A DNA stretch of 64,000 bases from Pseudomonadota bacterium (GCA_039817025.1 JBCBWQ010000001.1:25422-89421); one strand, 5' to 3'; shown: positions 35,934-44,959, numbered from the stretch's first letter. Notes: a model not told the origin generated them from the letters alone. Made by a program: numbers and translations.

Positions 35934-36545
35934 ATGACGACCAAGACAGATACTCTTTTGCATGCAATTTGGACCTGTGCCGTAAGCCCCGTTCACCCTG
36001 ACGCAAAACACCCGCTCATCGCTCTTGTAGAGACTTTTCTAAAAGTAAAAGCCGTCGTGATCGAAGTCCCCACAGGTCCGCTTTGTGGCCGCGTGTTTCA
36101 GGAAACGACCGAGCTGATGCCCGATCTGCCGATTGCGGATGTCCTGGAGCACGAGCTTGATATCTGCGTTCCCGCTGGTGCGATCATCATCTGCTTATCG
36201 GCCGATGCCCAGGACACAAGGGGCAACTTACGCGCAGCGTCACGGGCATTGGGCACGTTTTGTGCCGAGGTTGTCGTCGACACCGTGCAGCTGGCCGCCA
36301 CCCCGTTTGCCGATGAACGCAAAGAGATGCGTGAACGTGCACAGGCAATAATGTCTCTGGCCCGTCAACTCGCGACTGCGCCCGGCGCCGTGGACGTCCC
36401 AAGTTTCAAGTCCGCACTGGCACGGGGTTTCGGAGAGCTTCTCGGAGGGCCGGCCAATGCGCGCTCCGCCGATGCCACGCTTGCAGCGCTGTACGTTCCT
36501 GAGGCTGACACCACTAATACGCTAGCCGCCGCCCGCAGGGTTTAA
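35934..36545 (+). CDS. Hypothetical protein upstream of the sigma factor gene
   Basis: A 203-aa ORF with coding-like GC3 and no motif recognised. Confidence 0.5.
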   Translation: MTTKTDTLLHAIWTCAVSPVHPDAKHPLIALVETFLKVKAVVIEVPTGPLCGRVFQETTELMPDLPIADVLEHELDICVPAGAIIICLSADAQDTRGNLRAASRALGTFCAEVVVDTVQLAATPFADERKEMRERAQAIMSLARQLATAPGAVDVPSFKSALARGFGELLGGPANARSADATLAALYVPEADTTNTLAAARRV

Positions 36546-36557
36546 TCAAGCATTAAC
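36542..36557 (+). promoter_or_regulatory. Perfect CtrA-type box TTAATCAAGCATTAAC (TTAA-N7-TTAAC)
   Basis: Read directly. It overlaps the stop of the 35934..36545 ORF and lies 68 nt upstream of the sigma gene ATG. Confidence 0.55.
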
Positions 36558-36560
36558 CAC

Positions 36561-36627
36561 TTTATTCTTGAAAATCTCTGCACATCAAGCAGAATAAACA
36601 AGAATAAATAGAAAGTACAAGAATATG
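36561..36627. repeat. Sigma-gene leader: TTTATTCTT (36561-36569, reverse complement of AAGAATAAA), CAGAATAAA (36590), AAGAATAAA (36600-36608), AAGAATATG (36619-36627, includes the start codon)
   Basis: Read directly. Confidence 0.65.
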
Positions 36628-37353
36628 TCCATGTTCTTCGACGCGCTAAGCGGACCAACCCTGGAAGTCAGTGAAGAGCGTGCTGCAATCCACGCCTGGC
36701 AAACACGCGGGGACCGTGCGGCATTGGGTCTACTATTGCGCTCACACGCGCGCCAGGCACGGGCGTATGCCCGCAAGTGGGCCAAGAACCCCACGGATCT
36801 GGATGACTTGATGGCAGAGGGCATGCTGGGGCTCATCGAAGCAGCCTCACGTTTCGATCTGGACCGAGATGTCCGATTCAATACCTACGCCTACTGGTTC
36901 ATTCGTAACCGGATCGCCTCGGCGCAGGTAACGGTATCAAGTGTCGTTGATTTGCCCACGAGGGTATTCATCGATGCGCGCTCTGGCAGGCTAGACCCGA
37001 ACACGAATCCCGATGCGATTGCGGCCATTGAACCGACCCTCGGCGTTGATGATGCCGCGGCGGTGGGCACCCCCGTGATATGCCCCGACAAAACGCCCGA
37101 AGAATTCGTTGCTGAGCAATCCGCACAGGATCAGGTGCGCCGGCTTCTTGATGATGCGCTTTCAAAGCTGGAGCCCATGGAAGAGGCTGTCATCCGTCGC
37201 CGCCTTGACAGCGATGATCATGAAAGCACGACGCCAAATATTCTCCTGAAGGTTTCTGGCCCCCGTCTTCGTGCGATCGAGCGTCGTGCCATCACCCGAC
37301 TGCGCCAGATCCTTCAGCGCAGCGGCTTCAGCCTTGCGATGCTCGACCACTGA
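36625..37353 (+). CDS. Sigma-70 family sigma factor (group 3 / FliA-RpoH-like size)
   Basis: Region 2: DLMAEGMLGLIEAASRFDLDRDVRFNTYAYWFIRNRI. Region 4: EEAVIRRRL...LKVSGPRLRAIERRAITRLRQ. Confidence 0.8.
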   Translation: MSMFFDALSGPTLEVSEERAAIHAWQTRGDRAALGLLLRSHARQARAYARKWAKNPTDLDDLMAEGMLGLIEAASRFDLDRDVRFNTYAYWFIRNRIASAQVTVSSVVDLPTRVFIDARSGRLDPNTNPDAIAAIEPTLGVDDAAAVGTPVICPDKTPEEFVAEQSAQDQVRRLLDDALSKLEPMEEAVIRRRLDSDDHESTTPNILLKVSGPRLRAIERRAITRLRQILQRSGFSLAMLDH

Positions 37354-37362
37354 GGCACACCC

Positions 37363-38799
37363 ATGCAGATGATCCCCATGGCCATCCAAACGCCAGATGC
37401 TGCAGCGGGCCAGGCGCCGAAAGCGGATGCCTCGGCGCAGAACAGCGCAGGTAACGGAGCCGGGTTCCCGGAGTTGTTGAGTCAGACGGCTTCTCAATCA
37501 CCAGCAAAACCCGCTTTGCAAGCGCCTCAATCCAATGGGGCGCCCCTAAAACCAAACGGATTCTTCTCGGACGGCGCATTTGGCACGGCCGAGTTTGCCG
37601 CGTTGTGGGGGGATCTATCCCAGTTGGCGCTCGATGCTCAGAACGCCTTTCAATCGGCGAACAGCCTGAGTGGGCAGGTTGGGGTGATGGAACGTTTCGT
37701 TGCCGATTTTCAAGCGCGCCTAAACCAATATCAACCGATGGCAGGTGGTCTGATTGATGATCTCGCGGGTCAGCTCGGCATTGATCTTTCGCAGCTTCAC
37801 ATCCCACAAAGTGAGGTCGGCGGTGCCGTGTTTGCGGAACCCATGCAGGTCTTTGACAAGGCGATGGAGATGCTGCAGGCGTTTATACCATTGCTCGACC
37901 AGCCTGAAGTTACGGTGCCAACTGCACAACCTGCCAGCCAGAGCGGGAGCGGCGCGAGTGCATCTGCGGCCCTCGCTGCTGTGGCAACGCCGTCTGACGC
38001 ACAGAAACAGGTTACCCCACCCGCCGTGCAGGGTGCTCAACTCGCTGCTACCAACACTGCGGGACCGGACATGCCGATCGCGCAGCCCGCGCCGACCATT
38101 GCGGGGGAAAGTGGCGCGCAACATCCCGCAAATCCTGAATCACTCGCATTGGGACAGACCGAAGACGGGCGGCCGGCTATTGTGACCGACGCGCCCAAGG
38201 CAGCGTTGGCCAACGTCGTGATGGCTGCTGAAGGCGGCAAGCCTTCTGGCCCGGCAGTGGCTGTTTTGCAAAACGCGGTCCCGAATGCACCGCAAGCGCC
38301 CGTGGCGGACGCGGGCCCGTCGCTGGTCACTGATCTTCCCACCGCCAACACGGCACGGACATCTGCGGATCTCGCACCGGCCTTTTCGTTTGCTCGCAAT
38401 GTGGCGGCACAAGTTCGTGGAACCACGTTTGAGGAGGGCAAAACCCGCGTTGAGCTTACGCCGCGCGGGCTGGGCGACATCGAAGTTGAGGTCGCCCGCG
38501 ATGACTCTGGAAAGTTGCGCGTCGTGCTGCGCGCTGAGAATGCCGCCGTGCTAACCGCCTTTCGGAACGACCGCGAGATGATCCTTGGAATGTTGCGGGA
38601 CGGCGGTGTGGCCGTCGACGACGGCGAAGTGGCTTTTGAAAGCTTTGGCGGTCATGGGTCCTACCACGACCGCAGCCAACCCCACGAAATCGAAGCAGTC
38701 GCCGCTGCGCCAATGGTGACAGAAGATGATTTGACGGGTGCGGCCATTGCGCGGCGCGCTGACGTCAAACCATCAGGCGCTTTGGACATCACGACCTGA
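37363..38799 (+). CDS. fliK: Flagellar hook-length control protein FliK
   Basis: P/A/Q-rich N-part. C-terminal Flg_hook-type domain ...KTRVELTPRGLGDIEVEVARDDSGKLRVVLRAENAAVLTAFRNDREMILGML. Confidence 0.85.
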   Translation: MQMIPMAIQTPDAAAGQAPKADASAQNSAGNGAGFPELLSQTASQSPAKPALQAPQSNGAPLKPNGFFSDGAFGTAEFAALWGDLSQLALDAQNAFQSANSLSGQVGVMERFVADFQARLNQYQPMAGGLIDDLAGQLGIDLSQLHIPQSEVGGAVFAEPMQVFDKAMEMLQAFIPLLDQPEVTVPTAQPASQSGSGASASAALAAVATPSDAQKQVTPPAVQGAQLAATNTAGPDMPIAQPAPTIAGESGAQHPANPESLALGQTEDGRPAIVTDAPKAALANVVMAAEGGKPSGPAVAVLQNAVPNAPQAPVADAGPSLVTDLPTANTARTSADLAPAFSFARNVAAQVRGTTFEEGKTRVELTPRGLGDIEVEVARDDSGKLRVVLRAENAAVLTAFRNDREMILGMLRDGGVAVDDGEVAFESFGGHGSYHDRSQPHEIEAVAAAPMVTEDDLTGAAIARRADVKPSGALDITT

Positions 38800-38827
38800 T
38801 CCTTGGCGCGCAGAGAGAGGACAACTC

Positions 38828-39502
38828 ATGACCGATGCTATTTCGCAGACCGGCGCGACACCCATAGTCGAACCCCGGGAACAGGACGCCTCGTCCCTCA
38901 GTCGCCTTGCGGGTGACTTCAACAGTTTTCTTCAATTGCTAACGGCGCAGGTGTCAAACCAGGATCCGCTGGCCCCGATGGACAGCTCGACCTTCGTGAC
39001 CCAACTTGCCCAGTTGAGCCAGGTGGAACAGACGGTTTCGGTGAACACGAACCTTGAAGTCATTTCATCGCAGATTGCGGCGGCCAATAACCTGACCGAT
39101 GTCGATCTGATCGGTCGTGACGTGACCATCGTTGGCGACAGTTTCGGCAACACCTCAACCAGCGGGACGCTTGGCTACGAGCTTGCCGTTGAAGCCACTT
39201 CCGTCTCTGCGCGGATCACAACGGAGGAGGGCGCCCTTGTACGGACTTTCAACAACCTTCCGACACTGCCCGGAACGCGGCAGGAAATCACTTGGGATGG
39301 CCTCGATGAAACCGGTACGCCGGTTGCAGACGAGACCTTGGTTTTCGAGCTTGAGGCCTATGACGCTGATGGCGCACCTGTGCCCTTCATCGGCTATGTC
39401 AACGCGAAGGTCGAAAGCGTTCTGCTGGAAGGGGATGCGTCGGAGCTTTTGCTGAGCAATGGCGAGAAAGTGCCTTCAAGCAGCGTCCTTGCTGTTAACT
39501 AG
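38828..39502 (+). CDS. flgD: Flagellar hook capping protein FlgD
   Basis: FNSFLQLLTAQVSNQDPLAPMDSSTFVTQLAQLSQVEQ. The preferred start is the ATG at 38828. Confidence 0.92.
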   Translation: MTDAISQTGATPIVEPREQDASSLSRLAGDFNSFLQLLTAQVSNQDPLAPMDSSTFVTQLAQLSQVEQTVSVNTNLEVISSQIAAANNLTDVDLIGRDVTIVGDSFGNTSTSGTLGYELAVEATSVSARITTEEGALVRTFNNLPTLPGTRQEITWDGLDETGTPVADETLVFELEAYDADGAPVPFIGYVNAKVESVLLEGDASELLLSNGEKVPSSSVLAVN

Positions 39503-39522
39503 GTTGGGTTTCCCGAGATGGT

Positions 39523-39948
39523 TTAGCGGCGCGGGACGTTGCGCCGCCCCAACAGTGCTATCTCAATGCCTTCAAGCGAAGGCACTTCCGTCAGAATAAC
39601 CTTCTCAAGCCGGTCGCGCAGCACATCGAGATCGACATCGGCAGTCACGTAGTTCGGGCGCACATCGCGGACGCCGGTCAGAACCATGTCGCGCAGCCAC
39701 ACGATTTTCCGTGCCTCACGAAACCGTTCGGCCTCGGCCTCCTCACCGAACTCAAACATGATTCTAGCCACAAGGTATTGCGTGTGCCGGGGTGTTTCGA
39801 CAGCAAAGCTGATGGCACCGATGCTCACGGACGTCGCGGTCTCGGTTGGCAGCTTGGTCACGCTCGCGGCCGCTGCAAAGGCCGCGCCGGTATTGGGCGC
39901 GGGTGCCGCTGCAAACAACAAAGCCGAGATAAGAGCGAGATACCGCAT
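39523..39948 (-). CDS. Secreted protein, FliL-like second copy (tentative)
   Basis: Signal peptide. ...YLVARIMFEFGEEAEAERFREARKIVWLRDMVLTGV... parallels ...RFLKLNIALVYD...RQIYIRDSFVEFL of FliL. Confidence 0.4.
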   Translation of the reverse strand: MRYLALISALLFAAAPAPNTGAAFAAAASVTKLPTETATSVSIGAISFAVETPRHTQYLVARIMFEFGEEAEAERFREARKIVWLRDMVLTGVRDVRPNYVTADVDLDVLRDRLEKVILTEVPSLEGIEIALLGRRNVPRR

Positions 39949-40013
39949 AACCGTCCCATGAGATCCGAACCAGTCTGGTTCGGATCGCAGGTAAATCAGC
40001 CGTAAATGTCTCG

Positions 40014-40778
40014 CTAGTAGGGCAGAATGATGTCGAGTGCCCCTTCGCCCAGGCTTGTCCGCGTCTGGCGCGAGATCTGGCCGCGGCCGGCATAGGTGAT
40101 GCGCGCCTCGGCGATCTTGTCATAGGCGATGACGTTGTTGCGCTGAATGTCCTGGGGCCGGATGATTCCGGCGACCCGCAGCTCGCGCAGCTCGGCATTC
40201 ACCATCACCTCCTGGCGCCCGGCAATCACCATGTTGCCATTGGGCAAGGTCTGCACGACCAGCGCCGCGACTTTTAGGTTGATCGTCTCGGCCCGGTCGA
40301 TCTTGCCCGATCCGCCCGCCGCGCGAGAGGCGTCAAGATCGACGATGTCGCCCGTTGGCAAATCTTCTGGCCCAACATCCGGCAACACCTTGTCGATCTG
40401 GCTGCCGTAGCCAAAGAAGGCCGGGAACCCCATGTTAGCACTGCCTTGTCGGCTGCGCGCACTGGCGTTCGACAACTGTGCCTCGTCATCGATATTGATG
40501 GCAATCGTCAGGATGTCACCGATCTGGTTCGCACGCTGATCAGCGAAAAAGTTGGTTGAGCCCTGCTGCCAAAGCGATGCCGCTTCGGCGCGTTGGAACA
40601 TGGGGGCCGCTTGCGGCGGTGGCATGGGGACCGAGACGCGCGACGCCTCGGGCATGGTGGTGGCATTCAGCTCAATCTGTGACATGCGGGGGTTATAGTC
40701 CCCGAATGTCCCACCGCAGCCGCTTGCCAGCGCGACCAGTGCAAAGCCAAGGGGAAAACGTGAAAGTGTATGACTCAT
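40014..40778 (-). CDS. flgH: Flagellar L-ring lipoprotein FlgH
   Basis: Lipobox LVALASGC. ...IGDILTIAINIDDEA..., ...NGNMVIAGRQEVMVNAELRELRVAGIIRPQDI. Confidence 0.94.
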   Translation of the reverse strand: MSHTLSRFPLGFALVALASGCGGTFGDYNPRMSQIELNATTMPEASRVSVPMPPPQAAPMFQRAEAASLWQQGSTNFFADQRANQIGDILTIAINIDDEAQLSNASARSRQGSANMGFPAFFGYGSQIDKVLPDVGPEDLPTGDIVDLDASRAAGGSGKIDRAETINLKVAALVVQTLPNGNMVIAGRQEVMVNAELRELRVAGIIRPQDIQRNNVIAYDKIAEARITYAGRGQISRQTRTSLGEGALDIILPY

Positions 40779-41431
40779 TTGGAAACCTCGACGATGCCGT
40801 CCGCGGTTGCGATGCCGACGACGGATTGGTTTGAAGACAAATTGACGACCTTGACGTCATCGCCCAGGGCCGCGTCGGAAAGGGCCCGTCCGGTGGCCGT
40901 CAGGTTGAGGCCGCCATCTTGGAAAACAATCCGAATATGCTCGCCGCGTTCCACAAGCCGTGGTGCCATGACCGATTGCGCCATAATGGGATGCCCCGCA
41001 TTCAAGAGCCGCCGCACCTCTTGCCCAACCAGAGCGTCCTTGTCTGTCACGGCGAAGGTGTTGATCCGGCGGGCCGGGAGTTCGACGGTGTTGAGATCGC
41101 TGGCGCGCAGGATTTCGCCGGGTTGCATCTGGCGCGCGGGAACCGGCACCTGCACCATGACCATCGCAAAGCCCGACACCCTGGTCAGGCTGCCATCTTC
41201 GCGGAACGCGTCGGCGACAAACTGGCCCGAGCCTGAATCGGCCCAGAACGCATTCAGCGCCACCGCATCTGGCAATTTGGGGCTGTAGGTAATTCTCACC
41301 GTCGCGCCATCGGGTATTGCGCCCCTCCACTCGACTTGGAACTGCTCTTCGACGAGCGCTTCGATGTCGGTGGCAAAGGCCGCTTGGCCCGCGACCAGCG
41401 CAAGGGCAAAACACAAGTTGCGCATCATCAT
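40775..41431 (-). CDS. flgA: Flagellar P-ring assembly chaperone FlgA
   Basis: Signal peptide, a SAF-like ...PARQMQPGEILRASDL..., and C-terminal ...GALGDDVKVVNLSSNQSVVGIATADGIVEV. Confidence 0.85.
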   Translation of the reverse strand: MMMRNLCFALALVAGQAAFATDIEALVEEQFQVEWRGAIPDGATVRITYSPKLPDAVALNAFWADSGSGQFVADAFREDGSLTRVSGFAMVMVQVPVPARQMQPGEILRASDLNTVELPARRINTFAVTDKDALVGQEVRRLLNAGHPIMAQSVMAPRLVERGEHIRIVFQDGGLNLTATGRALSDAALGDDVKVVNLSSNQSVVGIATADGIVEVSK

Positions 41432-42216
41432 CAGCGCACCCGGTTGGCGGTCGACATCATTTGGTCAGCCGTCTCAATGGTCTTGGAATTCATCTCATAG
41501 GCGCGCTGGGCCGAGATCAGATCGGTGATCTGCTGGATGATGTTCACGTTGGAGTTTTCCAGATACCCCTGCCGCACGATCCCAAAACCGGGATCGCCGG
41601 GGTTGGCCGTTGTGGCGTCACCTGATGCGGCCGTGCCCTCTAGCAGGTTGTTGCCCATCGGTCGTAAGCCGCCATCATTGATGAAGGTCGCGAGCGACAG
41701 CTGACCAAGCTCAACCGGGTTGGGGTCGGACTCGACATAGGCCATCACCACGCCCTGCTCGTTGATTTCGATCGCCTTGGTGTTCTCTGGCACGACAATG
41801 CCGGGGTCGACTTCGTAGCCCTGCATCGTCACAAGTTGGCCCTCGGCGGAAAGCTGAAAAGCGCCATCACGCGTGTAGGCGCGGCCGCCATCGGGTGTGT
41901 TGACGACAAAATAGCCCTGGCCGTCGACGGCGACATCCAGTTTGTTCTCGGTCGACAAGAAACCGCCCTGCGTGTTCAGGCGCACAGTGCCCGACGTTTG
42001 AACGCCAAGGCCGATATCTACACCAGTAGGAGCGATCGTTCCCTGATCCGAAGTCAACGCCCCTTCGCGTGAGACATTTTCATAGATCAGGTCCTGGAAC
42101 GCTGCGCGTGCGGATTTGAACCCGGTCGTATTGGCGTTCGCGATGTTATTGGAGATGACATCCACGTTGTTCTGCTGGGCCAACATGCCGGTCGCAGCGA
42201 TACTCAGAGCTTTCAT
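41431..42216 (-). CDS. flgG: Flagellar distal rod protein FlgG
   Basis: MKALSIAATGMLAQQNNVDVISNNIANANTTGFK...YLENSNVNIIQQITDLISAQRAYEMNSK. Confidence 0.96.
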   Translation of the reverse strand: MKALSIAATGMLAQQNNVDVISNNIANANTTGFKSARAAFQDLIYENVSREGALTSDQGTIAPTGVDIGLGVQTSGTVRLNTQGGFLSTENKLDVAVDGQGYFVVNTPDGGRAYTRDGAFQLSAEGQLVTMQGYEVDPGIVVPENTKAIEINEQGVVMAYVESDPNPVELGQLSLATFINDGGLRPMGNNLLEGTAASGDATTANPGDPGFGIVRQGYLENSNVNIIQQITDLISAQRAYEMNSKTIETADQMMSTANRVR

Positions 42217-42234
42217 TTTGGTGTCCTTTCCTGG

Positions 42235-42969
42235 CTATCCCATACGGCCAATCCGGCGCAGCGCTTCGCGCACCAGCTTGTCCTCGTTCTCGATCAGCTT
42301 GGTCGCCCGTTCGTAGGATTTCTGAACTTCCATCAGTCGCGTCACTTCCGCGACAGGATGCACGTTGGAGGCTTCGATCGACCCCTGAACCAGCTCGGTC
42401 GATTGTGCGGGCTGGGTGTCATCCGGTGCGCCGGGTGGCGGGGCAAACATGCCAGCGCCAAGCCGCTCAAAGGATTGGATGGCGGGCACGTCGAACATGC
42501 CGATCTGCCCCAATTCGCCCGCCTCGGACGAAATCGTGCCTTCGGGCGAGATTTTCAGGTCGGTGATGCCTGGGGGCAGGGTGATCGTCCCGCCGCCACT
42601 GTCGAGCACCTCGGCCCCGGATTGGGTTTGAAGAATGCCGTCTGCGCTGAGCGACAGCTGACCATCCCGGCCATAGGCGATCTGCCCCTCGGGGGTGCGG
42701 TAAGACAGCCAACCATCGCCGTTGAGAGCGATGTCCAAAGGATTACCCGTTCGAACGAGGCCACCCTGCCGCGTGTCGACGTACGACCCCGCGTCAATCA
42801 CGAACTCTGTGTCGGGGCCCCCTGCGTTCGGCAAGAGGTAGGCCTCGAACGCCACACGCTCACCTTTGAAGCCCGCGGTGTTGGCGTTGGCGATGTTGTT
42901 CGCCGTTACCTCAAGGTCACGCCGAGCGGCCGCTGCCAGTGACAAGGATATATAGGAATTTGCTTCCAA
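42235..42969 (-). CDS. flgF: Flagellar proximal rod protein FlgF
   Basis: (M)EANSYISLSLAAAARRDLEVTANNIANANTAGFK...IEASNVHPVAEVTRLMEVQKSYE. The preferred TTG start at 42969 was chosen by comparison with the usual MEN..Y N-terminus. The track starts at 42984. Confidence 0.92.
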   Translation of the reverse strand: MEANSYISLSLAAAARRDLEVTANNIANANTAGFKGERVAFEAYLLPNAGGPDTEFVIDAGSYVDTRQGGLVRTGNPLDIALNGDGWLSYRTPEGQIAYGRDGQLSLSADGILQTQSGAEVLDSGGGTITLPPGITDLKISPEGTISSEAGELGQIGMFDVPAIQSFERLGAGMFAPPPGAPDDTQPAQSTELVQGSIEASNVHPVAEVTRLMEVQKSYERATKLIENEDKLVREALRRIGRMG

Positions 42970-42991
42970 GACGTCCGTCCACAAGTTGTTT

Positions 42992-43023
42992 CAAGATTAA
43001 ATGTTGCACAACCGAAGAATAAA
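42992..43023. repeat. flgF/orf612 divergent spacer: CAAGATTAA (42992-43000) and AAGAATAAA (43015-43023)
   Basis: Read directly. Confidence 0.6.
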
Positions 43024-43041
43024 TGCAAGTATAAATTTGAA

Positions 43042-44880
43042 ATGACCAAGTACAGTAGAAAATTTTCGGCGCTTATCCTTTATTCTTGTCTTGGGGTGGG
43101 GACCGCACTTGCCGCCGATCCGCCGGAGCCGGTGGGCGGCGAAGGGGTGGCTGCCGACGCAGCAACTGCGCATCAGCCACTTGCCAGCACGCCTCAGTGC
43201 TATGGGGGTCACCGCGCCGCACTTCGCCGTCTCGCCGAGACGCAGGAAGCAGATCGTACACCTACGCACCCAAGCCGGGCGGTTGAGCATCTGGAACTGG
43301 CGGAAGACTACTTCGAAAAGGGGCTGATACTCGAAGCGTGGTCGTTCGCTAAAGACATTTCGGACGAAGCTTTGCCACCGGACCTCGCTACCAAACGGCT
43401 TCAGCTTCTGGCGATGGCAACTGTTCTGGATCCGCGCCCGGGCGCGAAGCCGCAAGTGGCCGATAGCGCGTTTGAGGCCATGCCAAAGCGCGCGGTGTTT
43501 CAGGCGCTGGCCCACGCGCGGGCTGGCCGTGCAGCACAAGCCGCTGCATCGCTGGCCGATCACATTGATGATCTTACGTCGCTTCCCGTTGCGATACGGG
43601 CCCGAGCTTTGCCGTATCTTCTGCTTTCTGCGATCGAAGCCAACGATTGGATAACGAGCCGTGCTTTGGTCGTGGCGTTCCAAGATCACCCGGCACTCGC
43701 GGGCTCGGCCGCGTTTTCCTACCTGTTGGGCCATACGGCGCTGCAAAATGGCGAACGGCTGCGTGCGTTTGACCACTTTACCGCTGCATCTGGCAGCGCC
43801 GACAAGTGGGGCCACCGCGCACGGTTGCAGATGGTCGACCTTGCGGTGGCGCATGGGGGCGTTACCGCGAAAGAGCATGAGCACATGCTGATGCGGATCT
43901 ACGGCGCGTGGCGTCTTGGCCCGGAAGCGAGCGGGACGCTGCTGCGCATCGAAGATCTGCAGATGCAGCAGGGCAACCGCTTGGGGGCGCTTCAGACGCT
44001 GTCAACGTTGATGACAAACCACGCGGGATCGGAGGAAGCGCTTGAGGCGCGGGGGCGGGCCCGCTTGATCCTAGCAGAGTTCTACCGCCGTTTGATCAAG
44101 GACGGTGCAGATCTCAATACGGTGATCAAAAGCCACGAAGAGGTTGCCAGTGACTATCGCTTTTTCGAAGGTTTCGATGTCTACGCCGAGATGTTTGCGG
44201 ATCACCTGTTGTCGGTCGGACTTTCGGGACGCGCGGCGCAGGAATACCGCCTGACCGGGGAGTATCTTGCCGCGGCGAAAAGCCTTGGGCTTTTCGAAAC
44301 CCAATCCGAGCGGACCGACGCGTTGCGCCTGAAAGAGGCCGAAGCGCTTTTGGAAGGGGGGCAGATTGCAAGGGCAAAAGGCATACTGGAGGTGTCGTTA
44401 TCCGTCGACGCGCCACGCATGGTGGCGCGGCTTGCATCGCTGCGTGCGGTGTATTTTGCGCGAACCGGCGAGACACTCAGCGAAGCCGAGGCGACATCTG
44501 CGCGCCCAAGCGGTTTCATCCGTGAGCTCGCAGAGCAGTACTTTGAAGCGGAACAATGGGACTTGGCGCGGTTGGAATACCTCAAACTGGCCCGGGTCAT
44601 GGGCGACGATCTTGCCACGCCGGATGCGGTTAACCTGTTTCTGGCTGCGGAGCGCAGTGGGGATGCAGCCCTCTCAAAGGTGCTCGGCGATCTGGTTGCT
44701 CAGCGGCCCGATTTTGATCAGGCCTCTGTTGCCGCAGGGTTGAACATCGCTGCCGAAACGGACGACAAAATCCGCCGCAAAACACTTGACGCTGTTGTCG
44801 AGCGTGCGGAACGAGTGCTCATTGAAGTGGATGCGCTGGCCAGTGAAGGACCGCCGGATCCCGATGCTCTCCAAGAATAA
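43042..44880 (+). CDS. Large secreted helical-repeat (TPR-like) protein of unknown function
   Basis: 612 aa with signal peptide MTKYSRKFSALILYSCLGVGTALA. It is A/L/E/R-rich with repeated helical hairpin-like segments. It sits between flgF and flgE. Confidence 0.6.
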   Translation: MTKYSRKFSALILYSCLGVGTALAADPPEPVGGEGVAADAATAHQPLASTPQCYGGHRAALRRLAETQEADRTPTHPSRAVEHLELAEDYFEKGLILEAWSFAKDISDEALPPDLATKRLQLLAMATVLDPRPGAKPQVADSAFEAMPKRAVFQALAHARAGRAAQAAASLADHIDDLTSLPVAIRARALPYLLLSAIEANDWITSRALVVAFQDHPALAGSAAFSYLLGHTALQNGERLRAFDHFTAASGSADKWGHRARLQMVDLAVAHGGVTAKEHEHMLMRIYGAWRLGPEASGTLLRIEDLQMQQGNRLGALQTLSTLMTNHAGSEEALEARGRARLILAEFYRRLIKDGADLNTVIKSHEEVASDYRFFEGFDVYAEMFADHLLSVGLSGRAAQEYRLTGEYLAAAKSLGLFETQSERTDALRLKEAEALLEGGQIARAKGILEVSLSVDAPRMVARLASLRAVYFARTGETLSEAEATSARPSGFIRELAEQYFEAEQWDLARLEYLKLARVMGDDLATPDAVNLFLAAERSGDAALSKVLGDLVAQRPDFDQASVAAGLNIAAETDDKIRRKTLDAVVERAERVLIEVDALASEGPPDPDALQE

Positions 44881-44920
44881 ACGGGTTTAATCTTGCGTTA
44901 ACCGCCAACCGCAAGATCAA
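44872..44920. repeat. flgE leader composite: CAAGAATAAA-N5-TTAATCTTG, and the inverted pair TTAATCTTGCG / CGCAAGATCAA
   Basis: Read directly: 44872-44881, 44887-44897 and 44910-44920. Confidence 0.65.
44887..44902 (+). promoter_or_regulatory. Perfect CtrA-type box TTAATCTTGCGTTAAC
   Basis: TTAA-N7-TTAAC read directly, 58 nt upstream of the flgE ATG. Confidence 0.6.
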
Positions 44921-44959
44921 ACATGAACACTCCTAAACCAAAAGAAGGACTTTGCTGAC

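Noticed and set aside
37328-38713. Multiple ORFs of 85-159 aa on both strands overlapping fliK.
   Set aside because: The FliK frame carries the Flg_hook C-terminal domain. The others are by-products of the P/A-rich repetitive sequence.
42997-43884. A 295-aa ORF antisense to the 612-aa secreted protein gene.
   Set aside because: It is very Arg/Cys-rich and starts in the AT-rich spacer. The plus-strand frame has a signal peptide and a coding-like composition.
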